Below, one piece after another: positions 47,779 through 60,608 of a DNA stretch of 64,000 nucleotides. Every line of letters begins with the position of its first letter. The stretch's first letter is position 1. The DNA is from Amphiscolops sp. MND2022. Taxonomy: Eukaryota. The notes below the pieces were generated by a model. The model was not told the DNA's origin. It did no database searches and saw only the letters and a program-made list of their open reading frames with translations. Made by a program: the position numbers and the translations under genes. Location: contig OZ076409.1 in the NCBI GenBank assembly GCA_964187785.1, positions 44,580,001-44,644,000 on the forward strand, given 5' to 3'.

Positions 47779-50225
47779 AATAGCAACGCGGTGTGATTTT
47801 TAGTAATATTCAATGAAATAGCAACGCGGTGTGATTTTGAGTACAGTAGCCTTCTAAAATAACGCAACCTCATTGCATAAAATAGCAAATTTCAAATCCA
47901 AATATCTCGTAAACTGTCACAAATACAAAAAACTGTCAGCTAGGAAAGTTTCTTAGAATTCTATTTAGTTTACAAAAATGTTTGTTTGAAATTTCTACGA
48001 CCCTTACTGAAAAAGTTAGAATTTTCAATGTTTTGTTTTCATTAGATTAGGACTTCGTTAGCCGAGTTTACTGGCTCTAGTTTTACTTCTTGTCCGCTTC
48101 CAAAGCTTCTCTGTTGGCTAATACCCTCTTTTTGAAAAACACGAATATTTGTGTAATACATAATTCATTTTCCTCTCTCTGCGCGTTTCTCGGCGTTTAC
48201 GAAACCAGAGTTGGTGGACCTAGACCCCCTTTTTTACTAGGCCTTGGTGGGACGGTCTACGTTAACTCAAACAATTTAGAGCTTTGTACAGAAAATGACT
48301 GTATATGAAAAAATTAATTGATCATCTAAATACAAAAATATATATGAAAAGGTCAAATCAACAAGTTTCTTCTGTTGAAGCAGTAGTGAAAGAGTGGCTC
48401 GAGAGGGCTTATAATTTCTTCTTTCTGCTGTACTGGATTTGATTTGAGGGGTACTGGTTGTGTTTAGAGCTGAGCCCTAAAAGGCTTAAGAAGCTAAAAG
48501 AAGAAGATTATTGTTCGGTCTCCAGATGTCATCGAAAATGATCTCTTCATCGTACGTGTTTTTTTGTGTAACTTCGTACTTTGTTTTCCCGTTGGGGTAG
48601 AACACTTTGCAGTAGTAGCAAAACCCAACTTTGCGTGGGGTATTCGACTTTCCATGTAATTTAATAACTGCGTTTTCGCTGTTTTGTGAGATGAGTTTAT
48701 CCATTGACCTGGCAAGAGAGGCTGATTGATGGCAGAATGAGAACAGAAGGAGGCGAGAGATTGAATGATGACAAAAAAGAATAGAGACTGGATTGTTTGA
48801 GTTTGTTTGGCAACAATGAAAGAAATGTAATTGAAAGCCAAACTTTTTGGTTAATCCTTATTGGTTGAAATACTGCTTTGATGTCAGAATAAAGTTATAT
48901 TAAAGTGTTTCGTTCTAATTATTTAATTGTAAATGGCTTTTACCATGCCGTCTTTTTCAAAGGTAATTGTATTTTGTCATTAATTGCGCAAAATGCCCCC
49001 TCCCCAAGCGACCGCAAGGGAAAAAAAGACACAAGGTTTAATTCTGACTGTATTGTAGTACGTCAAATTTTAGTACGAAAAAGACGGCATGGTAAAAGCC
49101 ATTTACAATTAAATAATTAGAACCAAACACTTTATTATAACTTTATTCTGACATCAAAACAGTATTTCAACCGATAAGGGTTAACCAAAAAGTTTGGCTT
49201 TCAATTACATTTCTTTCATTGTTGCCAAACAAACTCAAACAATCCAGTCTCTATTCTTTTTTGTCATCATTCAATCTCTCGCCTCCTTCTGTTCTCATTC
49301 TGCCATCAATCAGCTTCTCTTGCCAGGTCAATGGATAAACTCATCTCAGAAAACAGCGAAAACGCAGTTATTAAATTACATGGAAAGTCGAATACCCCAC
49401 GCAAAGTTGGGTTTTGCTACTACTGCAAAGTGTTCTACCCCAACGGGAAAACAAAGTACGAAGTTACACAAAAAAAACACGTACGATGAAGAGATCATTT
49501 TCGATGACATCTGGAGACCGAACAATAATCTTCACGTTAAGCCTTTTAGGGCTCAGCTCTAAACACAACCAGTACCCCTCAAATCAAATCCAGTACAGCA
49601 GAAAGAAGAAATAATAAGCCCTCTCGAGCCACTCTTTCACTACTGCTTCAACAGAAGAAACTTGTTGATTTGACCTTTTCATATATATTTTTGTATTTAG
49701 ATGATCAATTAATTTTTTCATATACAGTCATTTTCTGTACAAAGCTCTAAATTGTTTGACTTAACGTAGACCGAGAAACGCGCAGAGAGGAAAATGAATT
49801 ATATATTAGAGAAGCTTTGGAAGCGGACAAGAAGTAAAACTAGAGCCAGTAAATTCGGCTGACGAAGTCCTAATCTAATGAAAACAAAACATTGAAAATT
49901 CTAACTTTTTCAGTAAGGGTCGTAGAAAATTCAAACAAACAATTTTGTAAACTAGATAGAATTCTAAGAAACTTTCCTAGCTGACCGTTTTTCGTATTTG
50001 TGACAGTTTACGAGATATTTGGATTTGAAATTTGCTATTTTATGCAATGAGGTTGCGATATTTTAGAACGCTACTGTAATATTCAATGAAATAGCAACGC
50101 GGTGTGATTTTGAGTAATATTCAATGAAATAGCAACGCGGTGTGATTTTGAGTAATATTCAATGAAATAGCAACGCGGTGTGATTTCCAGGTAATATTAT
50201 ATGAATTAACTACGCGGTGTGATGT
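47779..50225. repeat. 38-bp minisatellite split by the foldback element
   Basis: Unit AATAGCAACGCGGTGTGATTTTGAGTAATATTCAATGA at 47779-47843 and 50077-50225, with a further unit near 47374. Confidence 0.85.
47844..50076. mobile_element. Foldback-type Tc1/mariner-like element with ~1.0-1.1-kb inverted arms
   Basis: Arms 47844-48958 and 49077-50076; 118-bp spacer; CAGTAGC termini; TA TSD confirmed by uninterrupted neighbouring minisatellite units. Confidence 0.92.
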
Positions 50226-50667
50226 TCAGTTAATTAATTCCAGCCAAGGGTGTAAGGTTCGCAGGGACTGTCAAAAATTAATGGAACGTGGTTTAATTAA
50301 TGTAAATCGCATTTGATGTACGAATTTGTAAGTATTTTGCACACAATGCTTTAATTTTGACCGGTTAATAATGTTTAAATAATGGCCATTAATGGTTTAT
50401 TTTATTTTCCCTTAATGTATGGAACACATATGTTTCCCATTAATGTATGGCCAAGGGAATAATCAAGAAAATAAATAATTTAAGTTATTGTAGGTTTATT
50501 GTTCGAAGGCTTGAGGAAACCAATTCACTTTCGCAAAATTTCATTTTTCGGCTTAGTGAATATTCTGCTTCGTGACACCTCACCCTGTAAATGAAGGACC
50601 CCCGTCGCAAATCCTTTGTATGTCCGTGCACCATGTTTATTAGTTTCGAGTTTCTAGGTGTCAAACA

Positions 50668-50886
50668 ATGAGGGTGAAAAAGAAGCCTCAAGCTATAAAA
50701 TGCACAGAAGATTGCCTCATCTGCTTCGAAAACTTTAGAGTAGAAGACCTTCAAAGCTTCCATCTAGAACATAGTCTACATTTAGCCTGTAGAGATTGTA
50801 TAAAACATTATTTAGATAGTTTCGCAAGTGCAGTTGTTACATGTCCTTACTGTAGATTACCTGTAAATTGTATTTTGTACAATTAA
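50668..50886 (+). CDS. 72-aa intronless RING-finger-like protein
   Basis: CLIC...HSLH-LA-CRDC...CPYCR, ATG to TAA; third ligand His rather than Cys. Confidence 0.7.
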   Translation: MRVKKKPQAIKCTEDCLICFENFRVEDLQSFHLEHSLHLACRDCIKHYLDSFASAVVTCPYCRLPVNCILYN

Positions 50887-52068
50887 AATTTTGTAAAAGT
50901 GTAGTTAGCAGGGCTTCCGAGTTTTAACTCGCAGTTATTCAACTGTAATTATTAGGATGCAATTAATTGATTTAGACAGGTCAATGGCAATCAATTGACT
51001 GAAACTTTTACAATTAATTGTGATTTTTTGCCTGGAATGAAGCAATAAAATGTGACGCACACTAGAAATAATGATGAAAAAACGGAAAACACAAAAATGC
51101 CTAATTATATTGATTTTGATTTCATAGACCTCTAATTAAATGAAAAACTTCTTTACTACCGCGGATTAGGCCTTAGATGGTTTTAGATGAGTTATTTTCA
51201 AATGAACCCGTGAAACTTTCGAAGATGAATAGACTATCTTGGCATGAAAGTCTTATTACCGAAATTAATGCTTCAGCTCTTGCGAAAAAGTGATGAAGAA
51301 TTTGCAAGTTTCTCTTATCAATTCATTGATTTTGGTTCAATTTGTTTGAAATATTTGATCCCAAATAAAATTTCGGAAGCTCTGGCAGTTAGCATATTTT
51401 TGTACTAGAATTTGTAAACTTAGATTTTTGAGACCCCTTAGAGGCCACGTTCTCGGCGTGGGTCTTGTTATGGGCGACACCGTGTGATCCCCTAACTGAG
51501 AGCCTCTTTGAAAATACATGATAATGGGTGTCAGTGTTTCAAGGTTGTGATTTTTGATCATAACTTTCACTTCAGCCCGACATTTTTTCTGACAATCAAA
51601 GTTTCTGAATACGAGCATTGGTAGAACATGCACACAAAAGTTTAGCGGTTTACTTTAGGTTGAGTTTTGTCATTTTGATTACAATCATTGAGTTCAATTG
51701 AGATCAATTCAAATATTCTTTTTCAAATGAATGGGTAGAACTTTGAAACGAAAATATACAAAGTCTGAGTGCAATTATATTTTCATTATATTTTCATGCC
51801 AAAGAATGATTCGTCCAAAGATTATTGCATTTATATTTTATTATTTATATTATAAATGTCCCACCAACTCTGGTTTCGTAAACGAACATAAGTTCAAATG
51901 TTATTTGGGAATTCATCAACTTTACATGCTCATTACACGGTGCTTCTTTTTCAGAGTTGTGAAGTTGCTTGCTAGCAGCAGGCACAATAGCATGCTCATC
52001 TCTTATGAATCATCACATTTCGTTTCCTACAGTTACATGTATAATGTGATGGAAACGAACTGTGATGA

Positions 52069-52153
52069 CGTTATGCTCGGCTGCTATCACAATCGCACGT
52101 TGTACAACGGTGTACAACGTGCGATGATTGTGTGATAGCAGCCGAGCATAACG
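52069..52153. repeat. 85-bp near-perfect hairpin (tiny MITE-like)
   Basis: CGTTATGCTCGGCTGCTATCAC / GTGATAGCAGCCGAGCATAACG plus inner ATCGCACGTTGTACA / TGTACAACGTGCGAT. Confidence 0.85.
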
Positions 52154-52867
52154 CCACAAAACTATTTTGCTTCAGCAAATTCGCACCTTGCCCGAATTGT
52201 CAATGCCCTTTAAGTAGAACGTTGCTGCTCTGAATACATGTACTGTGAAGGTATTGTAAGGTGCCTATTCATACAGCAGAAAATGAAAACTTGGACCCAT
52301 ACAGCAGTATTCAAAATACTAGCTTTTAGTGCTGTTACAGCCAATATGTTGGAACTTGATTTATTTGAAAAGGTTTGCATACGCTCCCTTCGCCAAGTAG
52401 CAACATTGATTTGAGTTAAAATTCAGTTTTGATGAACTTATTTTCCCCCGCCTAATTCCTCTGATTTTCTTGTCTTTCCAAGACCAATTATCTCAAAACT
52501 TTTGTCGGTTTCAATCTTAGCTTACAGATTACCGTGAAGAGTTTCGAGGATTCCTGGAACTACTTCTATCTTTTCCTTTAGTTCTGTTTTACTATGTTAT
52601 ACAAAGCCTAACTTATTGGTGACCTAACTCGTTTCATGTTGGTTAGTTGGTTTTTTGATTAAAATCATTCACATTTCCACAGCATTGTTTTAAAGGGCAC
52701 TAGGGGTATGTGAACATATCTGACTACGTTATAATAATATTTAATTTTTATGTTAAATGGGAATTCAATGTACTTTTATGTTCTCTGGGAATAAATTTAT
52801 TTTTGTTATTTGCATTTATGTCATTTGGGAAACCACCTTAAATTTTACTTAACCAAATAGTGGTTGA

Positions 52868-53324
52868 CAGGGGTTGGTAAAAGTTAATTGAAATTATATG
52901 GTAGCTGTTTTTTGGAAACAATTAATTTCAATTGGTCGTTTTTGCAATCAATCACTGAAATTAATTGCAAAATTCAAACAAAAAAGCAGCTAGACAAAGT
53001 TTAACTTTTTAAAAGATAGCTGTCTCCACAAGTGTATTTACTCCACAAATGAAAGTTCACTTTGAGAAATAATTGAGATTCCAGTTTACGTGGGATTATT
53101 CTCTGACACAAATCTTATCAGACAAATCCCGCCATGCTGAAAAAAACGGCTAGATTCGATGTAGGCAAAATATAAAGTGAATTGAAACGAAAAGTATAGT
53201 CTATAATTGCAGTTAATTGCGTGTTTTGCAATCGATGAATTGGTTTTATCGACGGCTGACAATCAATCAATTGTGAGAGATGAATGCAATTATTTGCAAT
53301 GCAATTAATCTTTACCAATACCTG
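52868..53324. mobile_element. hAT-type MITE
   Basis: CAGGGGTTGGTAAA / TTTACCAATACCTG; flanks GTGGTTGA/GTGGTGGA (7/8). Confidence 0.7.
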
Positions 53325-53787
53325 GTGGTGGATTTTGCCAACTAAAACTTTCTGTAGTTTGTAGATTTTTCCATTTGTAAGACATGACAAATTCAATTTT
53401 TTTTTACCAATTCCGTTTTTTTACCAACTATTTTATCAACTATTTTGCCCCCCAAAAAATCAACTATTTTCCGGTTCCTATTTATGTTTAGTAAAATGAA
53501 TTTCATTTTTGTTAAATTGAACTCGTTATAAATTTTTTCAGTTTAAAACTCATCCATCTTGCGATGTCCCACCTAATGCCTGTCCCAACAAGGGCATGCA
53601 AAAAAGTGTACATGTCCCACCAACGCTTACGAAACCAAACTGAATGCATTTAATTTTCTGTAACTTAAAAAAAACAAATGCAATTTTGGCAAGTATTTTA
53701 TACTAGATTAAATTCTCAAACTTTCTCAGCTGACAGTTTTTTGAATTTGTGACAGTTTTCAAGATATTAAGATTTAGATATACTGTA

Positions 53788-55080
53788 CAGTAGCGTTCTC
53801 TGTTAATATCGCAACCTCATAGTATAAAATGGCAAAATTCAAAACCAAATTTCTCAAACTGTCACAAATACAAACTTTTGCCAGCTGGGAAAGTTTCTGA
53901 AAACTTTATCTAGTTTACAAAAATGTTTGTTTGAAATTTCTACAACCGTTACCAAAAAAGTTGAAAATTGCAATCTTTAGAAAATTTTAGTTAAAATTGG
54001 AGTTTTTCGAAAATAGAGTAGCTTAGAATTGATTTTTTAAATATATTCTTTTATTTGATTCGGAGACTTTCTTTAATCTCCCGAACCTACTGAATTGTTT
54101 TGATTGAGAAATTTGTTCGAAAAAAATACACTATATTTTGTGTCTATGAGCACTGAACTACGTGTACCAAACCAGAGTTGGTGGGACATAGACCCCCTTT
54201 TTTACTAGGCCTTGGTGGGACGGGCATTAAGTGGGACATAAAAGGTGGGACCTGTATTAAGATTGGTTATAAGAATTGTATTTAGAAAATTGATGATTTT
54301 TCTTTGAAATCAAAAAAGTGTTCCGATAAACTTATATCAGCATCCTCAGGCAGGGGTTGGTAATAATGTATTGCAATACAATACAAGCCTAGCAATAAAT
54401 AATAAATAAATTGAATGAATTGAAAAAATAAATTATTGAACTTATTTAAAATAAAATCAATAAAAAAACTCAATCAAATCTGCTACAGTCCTGACATTCC
54501 AATATGTATTCTTTATTGAACTGGAGGAATATCTGCGCCTCTAGGTTTGATTGGAGATGTCTCCTTTCTATAATTTGTGAATACTGCTCGGTTAGCAAAT
54601 CACAGCTCTCGGCGTCCACTCAAATTCTACTAACAATTCAATTATCCCGCAACAATACGTTTCAGTTTACTGTAAAATTTATTTACCAAGGAAATTAATT
54701 TATTTTTATTTCTTCGTTCTCGAAATAAATAATTCTTATTTATTTATTGACAAATTTTTTTCAATAATTATTTATTGCCAACCCCTGTCCTCAGGAGGTT
54801 TGGGGGCAAATGATTGACTGAGTTTTTCAAATAATTCTTTCAACTTTATGGAAATCCAGAAAAAAAAATACAAATTTGATTAAATTTTGTCAAAATTGCA
54901 ATTTCTAACTAATGTATTTTTTGTCACAGAAATTTCAAATCGACATTTTTGTAAACTAGATAAATTTCTTAGAAACTTTCTTAACTGACAATTTTTCGTA
55001 TTTCTGATAGTTTTTAAGATAGTTTGATTTGAAACTTGCATTTTTGCACAATTGAGTTGCGATATGTTAGAAGGCTACTG
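53788..55080. mobile_element. CAGTAGC-family Tc1/mariner-like non-autonomous element
   Basis: TA|CAGTAGC...GCTACTG|TA; ~200-bp TIRs homologous to the foldback ends; GTGGGAC block at 54170-54252; a partial right arm abuts at 53690-53787. Confidence 0.8.
54351..54787. mobile_element. hAT-type MITE nested in the CAGTAGC element
   Basis: TIR CAGGGGTTGG(T/C)AATAA; perfect 8-bp TSD TCCTCAGG. Confidence 0.88.
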
Positions 55081-56271
55081 TAGAACGTTCCTCGTTACAT
55101 GTACGCTAATCACAAAAGCATGCTCAATCACATTGCGTTTCTTTTCCGTCCGTCGTTCAATGAACTCCAGTCTATGCAACAAGCTAGCTGTAGGTTGTGA
55201 ATGATGAATGCAATTTTCATGCTCAATCACATTGCGTTTCTTTATCAGTTCAATTCCCATCACAACGAACTAAATTATGTTAGTTGGAACGTTATCATTA
55301 TTATTACCTTAATTCTTTCACCGTTTTTCTTTCTGCAGTAATTTTGCTGCTTATATTCGAAGAAATACGGTAAGCAATGGCATTTAGGATAAATTTTTCA
55401 TGCTTAATGTGGCTCTAATCGGGGGCGGCTTATATTCGGGGGCGACTTCTATTTGAAAAATTATATTTGAAACAACTTCTATTTGAGATATTTGTGTTAT
55501 TTGCTCATATTATTTGGTTCGTGATCTTCAGGGCGACCAAATATTGACGTAATAATTCAAAAACAAATGACTTCACTATTTCTAAAAAATAATTTTATAA
55601 TGACCAGGGTTACCGAAAAAATTACTTCAATGGAAATACCTGCAACAAATATATATTAAAAATTTATTTTTGAGATCATGGAAGAAAAATGATTTATTTT
55701 TGGATCTTGAAGTAAAAATTATGTATCTAATCGCCAAAATAATTCTGCAATGACGAATTGCGTCGTCAGCCAATAGAATTGTGTCGCATTGGTTGACACA
55801 AACTCATTTGCGACATGCATTGTCACCACTGCATGCGGAGGCCATTCAATTTCTCCATAATAACAGGGAACTCGGGTCGGCAGAAAATGTTTCAAAAGTT
55901 ATATAATTGTATAACTCATTTGACTGTAAAATATATTGTGAAATTATTGCAATAGATACCACCAGATATTGCATGGAATAGATACAACTGTGATTGTTGA
56001 TGTTCCAATCGCCTCCACCGTGGCAATAATGCAGCGGTATTGAAAGCAATGTCCTTCTCCACTTCCTCGCGCAGTATAATTACTCAAACCGGGCGTTTTT
56101 GGACGTATTTGTATATTTTGTCTAGATAATTGTTTTTCCTCAGCGCGCAATAGAAATAAGTTATTGAGAGCCGCAATGATAGTGCAATACAAATGTGGAA
56201 GACCTGGCGGAGAAAAAGGAAAAAAAGAATTGAGTTTACTAATGAAAAAATGTGATTGAACAAGTTTATTG

Positions 56272-56727
56272 GGACCATGTGATCTATTTCCCCCCCCCAA
56301 ACCGCGGCGGGGGGAAATAAGACACAAGGTTCAAATACCATTATGTCGACATCGTTGCGTTGAAATTTTAGTCCAATAAAATAATTGATGTCGACATAAT
56401 CCTATCAATTACATTGACTGTCAGTTAAAAGTTGCTCATTAGATTTTATAGCGGACAAAATTTGCGCTAAATAAGGGCCTTTCTATACAATTTTAGCATG
56501 TTCCCAACGTGAATTTCTGCTATTTTGGACAATAATATCAAAAAAATATATGATATTTTTTTGCCTGAAGTGTCCAAACAGTTGTGGAGACAATCCTCTA
56601 AGTATTTACATTCATATAATATTCTCTTATTAGCGAAATATTTTTATTCAAGAACAAAATGTGCTTTCGTGTTGGGGGGGATATTCCTAACAAGGTGTAC
56701 CTGGGGGGGAAATAGATCACATGGTCC
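56272..56727. mobile_element. Merlin-like MITE
   Basis: Perfect 25-bp TIR GGACCATGTGATCTATTTCCCCCCC; perfect 8-bp TSD GTTTATTG; decayed relative at ~60865-61090. Confidence 0.85.
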
Positions 56728-56819
56728 GTTTATTGTTTTTTTATACAAAGTCAATGTAAATAAAAATAAAATCAGTTCATTTGAAAAAGTTTTATAATTT
56801 CTGAAATTGGATCAACCTC

Positions 56820-56895
56820 TCACTTCCATTTAAGCACGCTCTCTCTCCTGCACTGAGGGCACTTCACCCAAATGATGCTGTCAGTGGTCGTTTGC
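56820..56895 (-). CDS. Micro-RING gene 2, exon 2 (RQTTTDSIIWVKCPQCRRESVLKWK*)
   Basis: tttacag acceptor, phase 2, supplies the last CxxC pair, TGA stop. Confidence 0.7.
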
Positions 56896-57355
56896 CTGTA
56901 AATCACAGTATGGATAATTTATGAACACAATCATGAATAAGTTAGTTCATTTCAAACTTTTTGTTCCGTTTTATTAATTCTTGATCTGGAAACGGAGTCA
57001 TGTGCAGGGGATTAGACACTTTGTAGAATGTTAGCTCCAACAATTATTTTGCCAATTTCAATAATTTTTGAACGTCTAATTGGACGTCCCACCTTTCATG
57101 TCCCACCTTTCATGACCCACCTAATGCCCGTCCTACCAAGGTCTAGTGAAGAAGGGGGTATATGTCCCACTAATTCTACTTTACTCAACGTATCAAGAAT
57201 TACTCAAAAGTAATAATTTCATGGCATCAAAAAACTATCTTTGAAATAACGAAAGTTTTTGGAATTTTGTTCATGGAAATATGGGAAACTTTTGAAGTAA
57301 AAAACATTGTCAGCTTCAACTACAAACTTCAAAAGCAAGGTTCTGTAAAACTCAC

Positions 57356-57468
57356 CTCTCTAGGCTTTTGATCCAAGCCTTACGGCACACCCGGCATATT
57401 GCGTGTTTCTCATCAAGCCACCAAATAAGGTTGTACAGTTCCTCCCCACAAACGGCACAGAGCAGCAT
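57356..57468 (-). CDS. Micro-RING gene 2, exon 1 (MLLCAVCGEELYNLIWWLDEKHAICRVCRKAWIKSLE)
   Basis: ATG at 57468; AG|GTGAGT phase-2 donor; CxxC...HxxCxxC. Confidence 0.7.
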
Positions 57469-58162
57469 TTGGATACTTCGTAGGAAAAGTGACGAAATTT
57501 TGAAGATTAAGGTGTTTTGATAGTGTTTTGCTATCAGTGTTAGGAGCTTGAATGATCAATGGAGTCAAATCATTGACGAAAAACATCGTTATTTAACTCT
57601 ATCTTTTATCTATTCCTTGCTTTGTTTAGTAAAAGTTTGTTTTGTCCTTTCACACAAGTAACCATCTACTTAAACATTTGAAATAACGTCTTGTACTTGC
57701 ACAATTTTCTATGTTAGTGATATTAGTGAATCAAGTAAATTACCACCAAGTTTTGAAATAAAAGATGATATGCGAAAACTGCTGTTAGTTTAAGTTTCGA
57801 AATACAGTGAATAAAGATTCACATCCAGAATCACTCTTTAAATATAAGGATCCCTCTTGATATATTGTCTGGGGATTTTTTGTTAATTCGTTTTGTTTAA
57901 TTTAATTTATTGTCTGTTATTCTGTCAAAATCCTAAAATAATCATTGGTATGAGCTAAAACGATTTGATTTGAAAAATTTAATTACTTTGTATAATGATT
58001 AAGCATTATTCAGAATGATAAATGAAATAATTCAAAAATGTAGAAACAACAAAGAACTCTCAAATGTAAAACATCATTTACGAGAGAAAAAATTCATTGA
58101 ACTCATTCATTGAGAAAAAATGTCTGTGTTTTGAGGAACCCAGACTTAGTGGGACATTGACC

Positions 58163-58671
58163 CAGGGCTGGATTCAATTAAATTGCAATACAATAACGTT
58201 CCAATCCTCAATTATTGCAATTTTCAAGACGGCATCCCACAATACTTGCAATCATTGCAATTATTGTACAATATTTTTTGGAAGAAACGATAACATTAAA
58301 ACAATTTATTATGTTTTTTGGGAGTATTAAATCAAGGTACTTGGTTATTGATTAGGTTGTCGATGGTTTTAACGTTCCAAATGTTTTTATTAGCGCAAAA
58401 AAAAATTTGAGCTTCCAGATTAACAGGTAGCAATGATTTTACCACACGACAAAAATAGTTTCAAAAGCATGTTTTGAAGTAAAATACGGAAACTGTTAAA
58501 TTTTCAGGCAGATTTTAAGAAAAATTGGCGAATACCACAAATAGTGAAATTGAGTACAATATTTTTCAGTGGTGACACAATTATTGCAATATTTAATTTC
58601 GCCTCCCACAATAATTGTACGCAATATAATTGCAATAATTGTACACAATAATTGCGGATGACCCAGCCCTG
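58163..58671. mobile_element. hAT-type MITE inserted into a GTGGGAC block
   Basis: CAGGGCTGG / CCAGCCCTG; perfect 8-bp TSD CATTGACC; the flanks rejoin into the GTGGGAC consensus. Confidence 0.88.
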
Positions 58672-59329
58672 CATTGACCCCCTTTCTATTGAACTTTGGT
58701 GGAGCGGGCAATAGGTGGGACATAAAAGGTGGGACCTCCTATGAGACAGTGAAAATTGACAAAAATGGTGCCGTTGTAAGTTCGCCATATTTAAGTTCGC
58801 CACGTATAAGTTAGCCCGTAAAACTTAGCCACGTTTAAGTTAGCCACCATATAAGATCGCCACGTTTATTTTCGCCACATTTCAGCTAATATTGATTTAT
58901 TTGAAAAAGTTTGCATATTTGTTGTATGGCTCGGTCGCTTCGCTTCCTTCGCCAAGTAGCAACATTGAGGCATGGCCATATGGCACGTCGCTCCGCTTCG
59001 CTTCGCTCCTGTATATAGGGCACTAGGGGTATGTGAACATACGATCTCGAGTCCGAAAATTATTCTTGCACAAAATAAACATTTTTACAATAAAAAAGCT
59101 GAATTAGGGAGAAAGTTTGCTACTTGGCAATCGGACCATTATAATGTAACGCCATGTCTCATCTGACCCAAAGTAATTAAATAATGTCGACTTTAATATT
59201 ATTGATTTTTTGCTACTACTAGTTATTTCAATTTAATTTTCCGTGGGACTTGTTCTTTCGACACGCAGAATAGTTAATTTTAATTAAATACCTCGATGAA
59301 GCAAAATAAGAAAAAATAAATATAAAACA

Positions 59330-59870
59330 TCTCAACAATCTTTCGGATATGTTTTCATTATCGTCAGATGAATTTCGAGAAGGTACATATAAATGCTTTT
59401 CTATGTAGGAAGATTGAATATCCGCAATTTTTTCAGGTGTTGTTTCATCAGAAAGGTCTTCTTTCAATGTTTTTCCATACCATTTTTGAAACTCATTCAA
59501 GATTTGTGTTTGTTCTGTAAGTATTTCGCCTTTATCAATTTTCAGCAATTTGATGTTGTTTTTATTACGTCTAGAAGCTAACATATTTTTCAAAGCCTTC
59601 GGATCACCTTCATTCACGTCAGACAAAATAATATTCTCCAATTGGGTTACTTTCGAGAACAAACTCTTCTCATGTTCATTTCTCTCTCGCTTAACTTGAA
59701 TGCTAAGGTTTTTGAGAGAGCTCCGTAAACGAGTTTTGAATAACTCATATTGACTGGAAGTTATAGATTTCATTTTGTTCAAGTAGAAGTTCAAAACGTT
59801 CGAAAATTTATCTTTATTTTGCAGCACTGAGTGATCTAGTGACGTCATCGGTGAGCTCATATGCAGAAAG
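59330..59870 (-). mobile_element. L1/Tx1-type ORF2 fragment (linker between endonuclease and RT)
   Basis: YELFKTRLRSSLKNLS...RRNKNNIKLLKIDKGEILTEQTQILNEFQKWY pattern. Confidence 0.55.
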
Positions 59871-60293
59871 TAATTGAACGGACACCATTGACTCTGTAAA
59901 AGGCTGCTGGTTATTCGCGGGAAATTCGCGGTAATTCGCGCCACGATTAACCAGCAGGCCTGCTGTGTATATAAATTCTAATTATTTCACTGTAAATAGG
60001 GGACTATAGCTCAGAGCAACAGCTTCCGCTTGTTGGTATCACCGAAGTTAAACAACACTTAGGAGGAGGGTTCATTGGCATCTTTGTGATCATATCTGTA
60101 GATATCATAGCTGGCTCTGAGCAACTGTCCCCATTTTGAAAAATTTTGAAACAAAAAGAGTTCATTTTAAATATCCAAATATCTTTAAAACTGTCACTGT
60201 TGAATGTGAACTGTTGTCAGGGGTACCGCAAAAATAATTCATTGTGGAATTAATGGCCATAAATATTTAATTTTTTGGGTCTTCCATAAAAAT

Positions 60294-60608
60294 GGTGAAT
60301 TCCCAAATAGCATAAAAGCAAATAACATAAAAACAAAATTAGTTTCAAATAACATAAAAATGAAATTAGTTTCAAATAACATAAAAATGAAATGGGTTTC
60401 ACTAAACAGAAAAACAAAATTGTTTACGAGAAAGTTTTAGTGGTCAAAAGCATTCACAAATCAAACGATTCACTGAAAAAAGTGTGGAAATTACAGATAA
60501 AATTTTCTGAGTTCGATTGTTTAACCGGGTATTCGGTTTTATTTTTATGTTATTTGACACTAATTTTGTTTTAATGTTATTTGCACTTATGTTATTTGGT
60601 ACGTAATC
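60294..60608. mobile_element. MULE-like MITE
   Basis: AAATAACATAA/TTATGTTATTT subterminal inverted repeats; flanks CATAAAAAT/TATAAAAAT (8/9). Confidence 0.65.

Noticed and set aside
50485..51633. BC-box (Elongin-binding) motifs in ORFs flanking the RING gene
   Set aside because: GLKNLSLQIL and SSLRTINLQ match only loosely and lack the usual Cys; too weak to claim
47605..59041. 11.4-kb composite transposon bounded by the ~130-bp inverted copies
   Set aside because: No TSD, the outer ends diverge, and a third copy lies between them; treated as independent dispersed repeats
59999..60132. tRNA-Ala-like gene (GGGGACTATAGCTCAG)
   Set aside because: No T-loop/B-box or cloverleaf follows; the motif pairs with an inverted copy ending at 60132, so a small TIR element is more likely
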